Origin: an uncultured Candidatus Saccharibacteria bacterium
Lineage (GTDB): Bacteria > Patescibacteriota > Minisyncoccia > UBA6257 > WO2-44-18
NCBI GenBank assembly: GCA_964373675.1
Contig: CAYJVO010000002.1
Coordinates: 3,054 to 67,053 of the forward strand
Length of the DNA stretch: 64,000 nt
Direction: 5' to 3'
Shown: in pieces, positions 1 through 7,640 of the stretch
Position numbering within the stretch: position 1 is the first letter of the stretch
Layout of the letters: the number at the start of each line of letters is the position of its first letter
Translations under genes and position numbers: made by a program
The notes under the pieces: generated by a model
What the model was told of the DNA's origin: nothing
Seen by the model: the letters and a program-made list of their open reading frames with translations, nothing else
Databases searched by the model: none

Positions 1-554
1 TCCCAACTCATCAGTCGGTGAGCCGCTTCCTTAATAATATGCTTCTGCAGCGCAGGATCGGACTGATAACACATCGTGCACATCAAATTGCAGGCTAACG
101 CCGATTCCACATAGAGAACCAGCGGAAAATCTTTGAGAGTAAACTCTTTCGGATACATCTTCATCTTGTAGCGATACGCCAGGTACCGCAGCGCATCTTT
201 AGGACTTTTGTCCAAATGATGCAAAGCGACGTCCAGTTCGCTTACCGCCAAAGAAAAACCCAATGTGTCTCTTCCGGCTTCATCCGTATTGGTAAAATCG
301 TAGCTCTGCAGATAAGCCAGCACCGCCAAAAGCGGCACTGCGTCCGAATGAATTGCGGATTCCAATTCTTTCTGAATACAATGGGTTAATTTACCAACGG
401 TTTCTTGATCTACTCGGCTGACATACCGATTTACCCGGTGATGCGCGCCGCCATGTTCTTTTGACCACTCAAAAATTTCTTCCGCACGCTTAGCGTGTTC
501 GGTCAGCGCTGATTCTCGCCTTTCTTTAAGTTTGCGGGTGCTTTCTTCACTCAT
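1..554 (-). CDS. radical SAM domain protein, N-terminal part (gene continues beyond window edge)
   Basis: Minus-strand ORF runs off coordinate 1. The ATG at 552-554 has AGGAG 6 nt upstream on the minus strand. Translation MSEESTRKLKERRES... contains CNLMCTMC, a CxxxCxxC radical-SAM cluster motif. Confidence 0.5.
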   Translation of the reverse strand, partial: MSEESTRKLKERRESALTEHAKRAEEIFEWSKEHGGAHHRVNRYVSRVDQETVGKLTHCIQKELESAIHSDAVPLLAVLAYLQSYDFTNTDEAGRDTLGFSLAVSELDVALHHLDKSPKDALRYLAYRYKMKMYPKEFTLKDFPLVLYVESALACNLMCTMCYQSDPALQKHIIKEAAHRLMSW

Positions 555-690
555 AGACACTCCTGTAAAATTACTACCCAAACAGTACCAAAAAAATGGA
601 CTTTAGGCAAAAACATACTTGAAAAAATGTGGGCTAATGCGCTAATGTAGCTTATAGAATCTTTAACAATGCTTTAGTAAAGGAGGGGCG

Positions 691-2769
691 ATGGATAAAA
701 AAATCGCCTACGTCAGCGATCTTACCCATACCCGACAAACGGTAGCGCTTAACACGATGCCGTTTCCGGTCGGCTGCCTAGTCAGTTACGCCAAAAAGTT
801 TGAACCGCTCAATCAGGCCTACGGATTTAAAATCTTCAAATATCCGGCAAAACTCATTGAGTCGCTACTGGCGCGGCTTCCGGACATCGCCTGCTTCAGC
901 AATTATTGCTGGAATTTTGACCTTGGTTACCAGTTCGCCGAACGGATTAAAAAGAAACGTCCCGAAACCATCATCATCTTTGGCGGGCCGAATTACCCCA
1001 CGGACCAATCGGAACAGCAAAAATTCTTTCTGGAACATCCGGCGATAGATTTTTACACCTATAAGGAAAGCGAAGCTGCCTTTTCCGAGCTCTTATTGAA
1101 ACTGACGGAAAACGAATTTAACGTTGAAGCGGTCAAACGCGTCAAGCCGCGCGGATGCCATTTCCTTATTGACGGCCAAATTGTCGCCGGCGAGCCGGCA
1201 GAACGAATCCGCAACTTGGATGAAATTCCCTCGCCGTATCTTACGGGCTTGATGGATGAATTTTTCGACCCGGTGCTGATTCCAATCATTCAAACCAATC
1301 GCGGCTGTCCTTTTGCCTGTACCTTCTGCGTTGAGGGCTTAACCTACTACAATAAAGTAAACAAACGTTCGGTGGATACGGTTCATCAAGAATTGTGCTA
1401 TATCGCCCAACGGCTCCCGCCAGCAGTTCACGATCTCCACATTACCGATTCCAATTTCGGGATGTATAAAGAAGACGAAGCGATCGGCGAAGCAATCGCC
1501 AAAGTTCAGGAAAAATACGGCTGGCCGCTCTATATCCATGTGGCAACCGGCAAGAATCAAAAAGAGCGCGTTCTTAAAGTGGCGAAAACCATTAATGGCG
1601 CCCTGCGCTTGGCCGGATCCGTGCAATCACTGACCGAAAAAGTTCTGGAAAACATCAAACGGGATAATATTTCCGCTGATGGACTGATGGAGTTAGCTAA
1701 AAAAGCCAATGAGTTAGGTGCCAATTCTTATTCAGAGATTATCACTTGCTTACCAGGAGAAACAAAGGAAAGCCACTTTAAAACTATAGAAACGGTGGTC
1801 AATGCCGGTTTCAAATGGGTGCGCATCTATCAACTGATGATGCTGATGGGCGTAGAAATTTCCGATCTGGCTACTCGTGATAAATTCGCAATGAAAACAA
1901 AATTCCGGGTACTGCCGCGCTGTTTCGGCGATTACGATTTCCAAAACCAAGATCCGATTCTTAGCGGCGAAATAGAAGAAATCTGCGTCGCCACTAATGA
2001 CATCTCTTTTGAAGAATACCTGGAGAGCCGACTCTTTCATCTAACCGTGGAAATTTTCTACAGCGACAGTATTTCCGCGGAACTGGTAGAATTTCTCAAA
2101 CTCAACGGGATTTCCGTCTATCGGTGGCTGAAATTCATCCATGACCATCGCGACGCCTTCCCGGAAGAAATTAAAAAGCTGTATCAGCAGTTTTACCAAG
2201 AAACCAAGAACGAACTTTGGGATTCCAAAGAAGCGCTGGAAAAATTTGTCCGAAACCGCGAGGTAATCCAAAAATATGTCTCCGGCGAATACGGCAGCAA
2301 TCTGATCTTCAAATACAAAGCGCTGGCGATGACCAAACACTTCACCGATATTAATTCGGTTGGCTTTGAAGCGGCCAAGAGTCTGCTTGCCGAAGTCAAA
2401 CCCGAAGCGCTGGAACACTACGCCAAATACCTTGCCAACCTTCAACGCTATACCGATTGCCGAAAAACCGATATCTTCAATGTCCGGCTCAGCTTCACTG
2501 AACGATTTGATTATGATTTTAAGGAATTAGACCGTAGAGGCTTCTTCCTGATGCCAGACGAAGCATACCGACCAGAAGGAGTTCTGCTGCACTTTGCTTG
2601 CACTAGCTGGCAGATGAAGATTGTAGATGACGGTTTCAGGCAATACGGAACAACGACAGTCGGAATCAGCCGAATGCTCAGCAAAGTGTTCGTTGCCAAG
2701 CTCTATCGGGAGGTAAATTACGTGCAACTGACAGAATCAACAAGCGAAACTGCGCCCAAGCCCTCATGA
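691..2769 (+). CDS. B12-binding-domain radical SAM protein
   Basis: 692-aa ORF with a strong SD (AAGGAGG at 679-685). N-terminal B12-binding-like region (IIIFGGPNYP) is followed by TNRGCPFACTFC, the CxxxCxxC radical SAM motif. Confidence 0.8.
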   Translation: MDKKIAYVSDLTHTRQTVALNTMPFPVGCLVSYAKKFEPLNQAYGFKIFKYPAKLIESLLARLPDIACFSNYCWNFDLGYQFAERIKKKRPETIIIFGGPNYPTDQSEQQKFFLEHPAIDFYTYKESEAAFSELLLKLTENEFNVEAVKRVKPRGCHFLIDGQIVAGEPAERIRNLDEIPSPYLTGLMDEFFDPVLIPIIQTNRGCPFACTFCVEGLTYYNKVNKRSVDTVHQELCYIAQRLPPAVHDLHITDSNFGMYKEDEAIGEAIAKVQEKYGWPLYIHVATGKNQKERVLKVAKTINGALRLAGSVQSLTEKVLENIKRDNISADGLMELAKKANELGANSYSEIITCLPGETKESHFKTIETVVNAGFKWVRIYQLMMLMGVEISDLATRDKFAMKTKFRVLPRCFGDYDFQNQDPILSGEIEEICVATNDISFEEYLESRLFHLTVEIFYSDSISAELVEFLKLNGISVYRWLKFIHDHRDAFPEEIKKLYQQFYQETKNELWDSKEALEKFVRNREVIQKYVSGEYGSNLIFKYKALAMTKHFTDINSVGFEAAKSLLAEVKPEALEHYAKYLANLQRYTDCRKTDIFNVRLSFTERFDYDFKELDRRGFFLMPDEAYRPEGVLLHFACTSWQMKIVDDGFRQYGTTTVGISRMLSKVFVAKLYREVNYVQLTESTSETAPKPS

Positions 2770-3768
2770 TGAGGGCTTTTTGTTAACGTTCAGAGACAAA
2801 AAATCGTTAGTATCATAACGAGGAATCAAAAAAGCGGAATCTTTGGGAGTAATGGAACGCCGCTCAATAGTGACCGCGTACCGGAAACCGATCTCATCCA
2901 GAAGATTAGCCGTTTCGGGGGCGTAACGGCCGTGGGGATAAGAAAAAACATCCACCCCCTTCCCCAAAAGTTCCTCCAAAATCTTTTTAGAAGTTTGCAG
3001 ATCGGCGCGCGCCTTTTCTACCGGTAATACCTCAAACGAATTATGACCATGCGAATGACTCCCGATCACCATACCCTCCGCATCAAGCTTGCGCACCTGG
3101 TCGGAGCCCATAAATAAAGCTCGGCATAAAACCTCTTCATCCAAACCGAATTTTTCAAAGTAAAAATGTAAAAACTGCTCCCTGGTAACCGAAGGCAAAG
3201 TAATCATCGCCTCTTTAAAATTATTTGTCAGCCTATCGCCGTGCTTCCGGCGATTATCAATGCTGCGATCTTTCGGAATCACGTAGGCTCCTTGCGACCA
3301 ACTGTTGAAAAGGTCAATCAGTTCGCTCGGCGACGAACGGGAAAAAAGGATGTGAAGCTTATGGGTTAAAGGCAGCTTGCCGCCGAAAATAGAAGTAATG
3401 ACAAAAAAAGTCCCGGTCGCCTTATATTTTTTTAAGATCGGCGCGGCATTTTCGTAGTTATCCCTGAATCCGTCGTCAAAGGTAAACGCGCAAAACTTAC
3501 CGGAACTTCCTTCTCGCGCGGCCTGGTATACCTCGGGCACCGAAACTATGCGGAAACGCTCGACTAACCATTGCACCTGCCGATCAAACTCCTTAATAGA
3601 GCATGGGTGAATCCCGCCCCAAGCCGGATCAGGATCCCGTACGTAGTGATAAGTAACGATGATGTAATTTTCTTTTTCCATAATGATCTTAGACGCCTGT
3701 AATCTGCGCCAAAAAATCCACGCTGCGTTTGTAGGATAATCCGTCGGTATACCGGACATGCGAAGCAA
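2764..3768 (-). CDS. polysaccharide deacetylase (NodB/CE4 family)
   Basis: FTFDDGFRDNYENAAPILKKYKATGTFFV matches the NodB motif. The true start may be the internal Met at 3681 (MEKENYIIV), which would remove the overlap with the upstream gene. Confidence 0.75.
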   Translation of the reverse strand: MLRMSGIPTDYPTNAAWIFWRRLQASKIIMEKENYIIVTYHYVRDPDPAWGGIHPCSIKEFDRQVQWLVERFRIVSVPEVYQAAREGSSGKFCAFTFDDGFRDNYENAAPILKKYKATGTFFVITSIFGGKLPLTHKLHILFSRSSPSELIDLFNSWSQGAYVIPKDRSIDNRRKHGDRLTNNFKEAMITLPSVTREQFLHFYFEKFGLDEEVLCRALFMGSDQVRKLDAEGMVIGSHSHGHNSFEVLPVEKARADLQTSKKILEELLGKGVDVFSYPHGRYAPETANLLDEIGFRYAVTIERRSITPKDSAFLIPRYDTNDFLSLNVNKKPSS

Positions 3769-5104
3769 CGATGCGCCGCCGCGCCTCGCCGTCCAGTTTT
3801 GGATTATCCAGATACAGGTTGATCAATTTCGGCAGATCTTCATCAGTTTTAGCCAAGCGCACTGCACCACTCTCGTAAATCGGTCGGTAATGGTTGAATT
3901 GGTATGCTAAGGCAAAACGATCAATATAGCCGATATTAATAATCGGTTTGTCAAAAATACAGGCCTCAATGGAAATGGTAGAAGCATAATTAATATTCAA
4001 ATCAGTATACTTTAAAGAATATTTCAAATTCAATAAATCGCCGTAATTCATTTCTACTTTCCCGTCGGTATATTTACCAGCCGGATCAATGCAAAGATCC
4101 GAAGTATTTAAAAATTCTTTGTAATGGTCGTAAACATCTAGCGGGTGGATACGAATGAATAAATTAACGTAAGGAATTATTTTATCTTCTCGCAAGCGGA
4201 TAAGATCGCGGATGTATTTTTTTTGAAATGGATACGCTTTAGTAACCGTGGTATGGAAAATTGTTTTATAAGCCGGATTTAGTCCTTTGGATTTTAAAAA
4301 CTCCTCCCTTGAGGGTATGTGATTCGAAATATCCGAATTCCATTCAAATAATTCTAAACCATCTTTGTTTTCGGATAATTCGGATGTATTAGAATTTTTT
4401 GAATCGCTTCTATCAAAGTAAGGATCAAAACGTGGCGTCCCGGAAACAAAAATCTTATCCGGCAGATAACGATGAATCTCAAGAACCTCTTTTTTAATAA
4501 TATCGTTCCAGGCAATCAAATAATCAGTTTTCCGGATATGTTTGGCATTGGTTGTCGGATTATCCCAAGAAGCGTTAATCGCAACAGTTGGAATCTTTAG
4601 CTTTTTAGCCGATAAAATAATTTCTGCCTCCCAGCTATCAAATCCCGGCGTTGCCGTAATCACCAAGGCTGGCTGATATTTCCCCGCTAATTCCAAAAAC
4701 CGCCGCGATCTTGGCAATAAGATTTCCTCCAGCCAAGTAAAAAAATCAGCGGTTAAAAACGGCGAAAAAGGCTTGCCGAAAAACCTCAAAATGCGCCGCT
4801 TCCAATTATTTTTATAATTCGGCCGCTTATACCAATGACGAATAGAGGCTAGATAATCAAACTCATTTACTAAGCTGATCCGTAAAAATTTAAAGAATTC
4901 CCAGAATTTCGGACTAGCCGCCCTCAGCTTTTCGTAAAAAACATTGGATGACTGCAGATAATTGCGCTGTTTCGCGATCTCGGCATCAATCATCGGAGTC
5001 AATACCACCGCACGGTATTTGCTTGAAAGGTATTCAATATATTTTGTCCGCAATAGGTCGCTGGTGGCAATATAATTGGGAAGCGCTAAAAAAACAGTTC
5101 GCAT
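3689..5104 (-). CDS. TagF-like CDP-glycerol glycerophosphotransferase family protein; carries an in-frame 89-bp repeat insertion
   Basis: 471 aa with a GTPRFD motif typical of the TagB/TagF family. An SD (GGAG) is supplied by the R1 repeat immediately upstream. Residues NSNTSELSENKDGLELFEWNSD are encoded by the MITE-like repeat at 4319-4407. Confidence 0.6.
   Translation of the reverse strand: MRTVFLALPNYIATSDLLRTKYIEYLSSKYRAVVLTPMIDAEIAKQRNYLQSSNVFYEKLRAASPKFWEFFKFLRISLVNEFDYLASIRHWYKRPNYKNNWKRRILRFFGKPFSPFLTADFFTWLEEILLPRSRRFLELAGKYQPALVITATPGFDSWEAEIILSAKKLKIPTVAINASWDNPTTNAKHIRKTDYLIAWNDIIKKEVLEIHRYLPDKIFVSGTPRFDPYFDRSDSKNSNTSELSENKDGLELFEWNSDISNHIPSREEFLKSKGLNPAYKTIFHTTVTKAYPFQKKYIRDLIRLREDKIIPYVNLFIRIHPLDVYDHYKEFLNTSDLCIDPAGKYTDGKVEMNYGDLLNLKYSLKYTDLNINYASTISIEACIFDKPIINIGYIDRFALAYQFNHYRPIYESGAVRLAKTDEDLPKLINLYLDNPKLDGEARRRIVASHVRYTDGLSYKRSVDFLAQITGV
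4319..4407. mobile_element. 89-bp MITE-like repeat, copy 1, in-frame inside the TagF-like CDS
   Basis: About 90% nucleotide identity to 10674-10762. The termini are inverted: GTGATTCGAAAT...TTTTTTGAATCGC. Confidence 0.65.
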
Positions 5105-5105
5105 A

Positions 5106-5215
5106 CTAAATTTTATTCTCCTTCGCCGAAAACCCCGGGCGGCCTACTCCGCCGAGTCTGACTCGGCTACGAAGGCTGGATAAGCCCGCGGGATGAAGGC
5201 GAGGAGCTTCATTTT
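5106..5215 (-). repeat. R1 structured repeat copy (supplies SD for the TagF-like gene and extends the dehydrogenase ORF)
   Basis: Reverse complement equals GAAGCTCCTCGCCTTCATCCCGCGGGCTTATCCAGCCTTCGTAGCCGAGTCAGACTCGGCGGAGTAGGCCGCCCGGGGTTTTCGGCGAAGGAGAATAAA, and ends 7 nt before the ATG at 5104. Confidence 0.7.
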
Positions 5216-6179
5216 CTAAATTCTTAATTGCCTTAACCACTAACTCGCTAATATAAACTTGAGTGCGTTCAGTGGCTTCCTCGGTAGAGCCGCCCAAATG
5301 CGGCAAAATGATCAAATTCTGATTTTTCCTGGCGTATTCCACCAACGGATTATTAATCAAATGGGCGCCGTCCGGGGATTCATCTGCCAACGTATCAATT
5401 CCCGCTCCGGCAATCCATCCTTTTTTTAAAGCCTCCAGCAATGCGACCTCATCAGTAATTTCCCCGCGGGCGGTGTTGATAAAAACGGCGGTTGGCTTCA
5501 TGAGTTTAAAATGTTCCTGTTTAAGCATTTTATAAGTAGAATCATTGTAAACAGCGTGAAGAGAAACAACATCGGATAATTTTAAAAGATTAGGCAGATC
5601 CGCCTTAACAGCTCCGTATTTTTTCATCTCGGCGGCGCCGACAAAAGGATCATAAGCCAACGCCCTCATTCCAAAGGCCGCGCTGTAGCCAGCCACCAGC
5701 CGTCCCAGCCGGCCAAAACCAATCAAACCGATAGTTTTTCCAGAAAGTTCCCGGCCGCTGTATTTAGCCCGATCCCATTCGCCTTTCTTAATCGCTTCAA
5801 ACCCCCAAGGAATTTTTCGCAACAGCGCCAAAATTAAAGCCATTGTTTCCTCAGCGGTAGAAGGAGTTTTGTGAAGAGCGGGAGCATCAGCTTTTATATT
5901 AACTATCTTAATGCCGCGCCGCCTGCACTCATCCAAATCCAAATACCTCAACTGGGTGGTGCGGGAACCGATCAGCTTTAATCTGCGCGCCCGATCCAAA
6001 ATAGGCTTATCAAACTTAACCTCCAAACCGGTCACTACCACATCGGCTTTTGACAAATTTCTAAAAAACTCCGCCCGCGATCCAAAATTAATCACCCGGC
6101 CGGATCGAGCAAGAATTTTTTTAGCTTTTGCGCTGAATTCTTTTTCCGCAATTAAAATATTAATTGATTTTTGAGCCAT
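5106..6179 (-). CDS. D-isomer-specific 2-hydroxyacid dehydrogenase (NAD-binding)
   Basis: GLIGFGRLGRLVAGY Rossmann motif and the typical family length. The last ~35 codons (RLHPAGLSSLRSRVRLGGVGRPGFSAKENKI) are read through the R1 repeat at 5106-5215, so the native C-terminus is probably earlier. Confidence 0.75.
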   Translation of the reverse strand: MAQKSINILIAEKEFSAKAKKILARSGRVINFGSRAEFFRNLSKADVVVTGLEVKFDKPILDRARRLKLIGSRTTQLRYLDLDECRRRGIKIVNIKADAPALHKTPSTAEETMALILALLRKIPWGFEAIKKGEWDRAKYSGRELSGKTIGLIGFGRLGRLVAGYSAAFGMRALAYDPFVGAAEMKKYGAVKADLPNLLKLSDVVSLHAVYNDSTYKMLKQEHFKLMKPTAVFINTARGEITDEVALLEALKKGWIAGAGIDTLADESPDGAHLINNPLVEYARKNQNLIILPHLGGSTEEATERTQVYISELVVKAIKNLENEAPRLHPAGLSSLRSRVRLGGVGRPGFSAKENKI

Positions 6180-6885
6180 ATTTTTTTATCAGCACCTCTG
6201 CCACCTCCCAATCAAAAGCGTCATTAATATCGTGAGCGGTCCAAGATTCAATGGGTAAACCAACTCGCTTTCCCACCTCAATCTTTTTTTCTTTTAAAAA
6301 AAGGTCTCTTCTAAAACAATAAACGCTGGCGAAAGCATATCGCTTGGGATCTGACTGTCTGGTTGGATGTTTATAATGAAGCTCCGGATTATCAAATTCC
6401 AAAAACCCATCGGCTGTTAAATGCCGCACGTGGTAGGGGTGAAAAGGTCTCGGCGCTTCAATGATGGTAATGCCCGAATCGGCTTTTTTATCACGGATAA
6501 GTTTAAATAATGCATCAATCTGTTCAGTAAGCACAAACGGCGAAGTAGGCTGGACCATAAAAACATATTCCGGACAATAATTTTCATTTTTTTCCAGCCA
6601 CTCAAGGGCGTGAAAAATAACCGGCGGCATCGGCGTGCCGTCTTCAGCTAATTCCGCCGGCCGCAAAAAAGGCGCTTCAGCGCCGTATCTTTTAGCGATC
6701 TCGGCGATTTTCTGATCGTCAGTGGTAATCACTACTCGGTCTACGAACCGGCTTTTTTTCAATGCTTTAATTGAATAAGCAATCAGCGGCTGGCCATTCA
6801 ATAATCTAATGTTCTTCCCCGGCAGTCCCTTAGAACCTCCTCTGGCAGGGACCAAACCCAAAAAACCAAATTTTTCCGATTGCAT
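6160..6885 (-). CDS. acylneuraminate (CMP-nonulosonic acid/CMP-Kdo) cytidylyltransferase family
   Basis: GLVPARGGSKGLPGKNIRLLNGQPLIAYSI is the N-terminal motif of CMP-NeuAc/Kdo synthetases. The longest ORF extends to 6930 as MCGFTW..., reading through an inverted-repeat cassette arm. Start at the Met at 6885 (MQSEKFG) is preferred. Confidence 0.7.
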   Translation of the reverse strand: MQSEKFGFLGLVPARGGSKGLPGKNIRLLNGQPLIAYSIKALKKSRFVDRVVITTDDQKIAEIAKRYGAEAPFLRPAELAEDGTPMPPVIFHALEWLEKNENYCPEYVFMVQPTSPFVLTEQIDALFKLIRDKKADSGITIIEAPRPFHPYHVRHLTADGFLEFDNPELHYKHPTRQSDPKRYAFASVYCFRRDLFLKEKKIEVGKRVGLPIESWTAHDINDAFDWEVAEVLIKKYGSKIN

Positions 6886-6921
6886 GGTAAAATTAATAAC
6901 ATAAAATAACAGCCAAGTAAA

Positions 6922-7134
6922 CCCGCACATAACTAGGACTGCAACAGCCTCGCTTCTCTGAAAAAAACGCCATCATTCACAATTTTTTATCAGCAAATCT
7001 TCGTAGCAATAGCAGTTTAACGCGTTAAACGCTTTGACGCGTCAAAGCACTATCCCATGGGATAGTGCTAGGAAATAACCCCACACAGCTTTGTCTCAGG
7101 CATTGAAGAAAGCGGAGTCCTAGTTATGTGCGGG
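6922..7134. mobile_element. inverted-repeat cassette, family A copy 1 (TIR CCCGCACATAACTAGGACT / AGTCCTAGTTATGTGCGGG)
   Basis: 19-bp perfect terminal inverted repeats at 6922-6940 and 7116-7134. The interior contains the perfect palindromes GCTTTGACGCGTCAAAGC and AGCACTATCCCATGGGATAGTGCT. The interior plus right arm is repeated at 45014-45174. Confidence 0.6.
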
Positions 7135-7206
7135 GCAAGCCCCGAGAAAATTAATAACTATATTAATAATTCCTAAATTAACTTAATAACCACTCAATAA
7201 CTACCA

Positions 7207-7297
7207 AACTATAACCTGTGCTATAACCTGTGCTATAAACTACATTATAAACTGTGCTATAAACTATACTATGCTATAAACTATACTATAAACTATT
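7207..7297. repeat. iteron-like tandem repeats (CTATAAAC/CTATAACCTGTG units, about 7 copies)
   Basis: Direct reading of 7207-7297 shows the tandem units. The block lies in a 710-bp non-coding region. Confidence 0.7.
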
Positions 7298-7303
7298 AAT
7301 AAA

Positions 7304-7343
7304 TCTTTCCGTTATAACCGCCATGGCGGTTATAACGGAAAGA
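7304..7343. repeat. 40-bp perfect palindrome TCTTTCCGTTATAACCGCC-ATGG-CGGTTATAACGGAAAGA
   Basis: Exact reverse-complement symmetry centred on CCATGG. Confidence 0.85.
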
Positions 7344-7346
7344 TTT

Positions 7347-7404
7347 CCGAAAATCCGAAAAAAATGAATCTCCAAAAAAATGAACCTCCGAAAATGAAAC
7401 TCCC
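7347..7404. repeat. tandem repeats of about 15 nt (AAAAATGAAYCTCC), 3-4 copies
   Basis: Direct reading of 7347-7404 shows the repeated unit. Confidence 0.6.
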
Positions 7405-7424
7405 CGGGCTTACCCTCGGCCTCG

Positions 7425-7608
7425 CTGTAAGCGGAGCCGAGTCTGACTCGGCGGAGCCCCACGCCTTTGGCAGGGCAATGCTCGCCCGTGGCAGGGCGTG
7501 ACGCCCGGGATATTCTTTGAATGAAGCTCCACGGCCTTATCTAGCCTTCGTAGCCGAGTCAGACTCGGCGGAGTAGGCCGCCCGGGGTTTTCGGCGAAGG
7601 AGAATAAA
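7425..7608 (+). repeat. R1 structured repeat family (one partial and one full copy) with GCCGAGTCWGACTCGGC hairpin
   Basis: CTTCGTAGCCGAGTCAGACTCGGCGGAGTAGGCCGCCCGGGGTTTTCGGCGAAGGAGAATAAA at 7546-7608 also occurs at 5106-5170 (reverse complement) and 56953-57024. A partial copy lies at 7425-7460. The local context is GC-rich. Confidence 0.7.
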
Positions 7609-7611
7609 CAA

Positions 7612-7640
7612 TAAAAAAAGCCGCGGTTTGATCGCGGCTG
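7612..7640 (-). terminator. rho-independent terminator of the sqd1-like gene
   Basis: On the minus strand, CAGCCGCG-ATCAAAC-CGCGGCTG is followed by TTTTTTT directly after the TAA stop. Confidence 0.7.

Noticed and set aside
800-2727. Numerous 60-130-aa ORFs nested inside the larger CDSs (for example 800-1048, 2041-2445, 9005-9250, 12034-12339, 34578-34988).
   Set aside because: They lie in alternative frames or antisense within strongly supported long genes and have no motifs. Treated as spurious.
6886-6930. MCG... N-terminal extensions of three genes (6160-6930, 21253-21942, 61002-62132) in the longest-ORF track.
   Set aside because: The extra codons are read through the cassette arm (ATGTGCGGG). 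The second Met gives a canonical N-terminus in each case, so the shorter coordinates were used.
7396-7545. Looked for a protein-coding gene or tRNA in the GC-rich 150 bp preceding the R1 copy.
   Set aside because: No ORF of useful length and no cloverleaf. It contains a partial R1 hairpin and repeated GGCAGGGC, so it is treated as part of the repeat complex.
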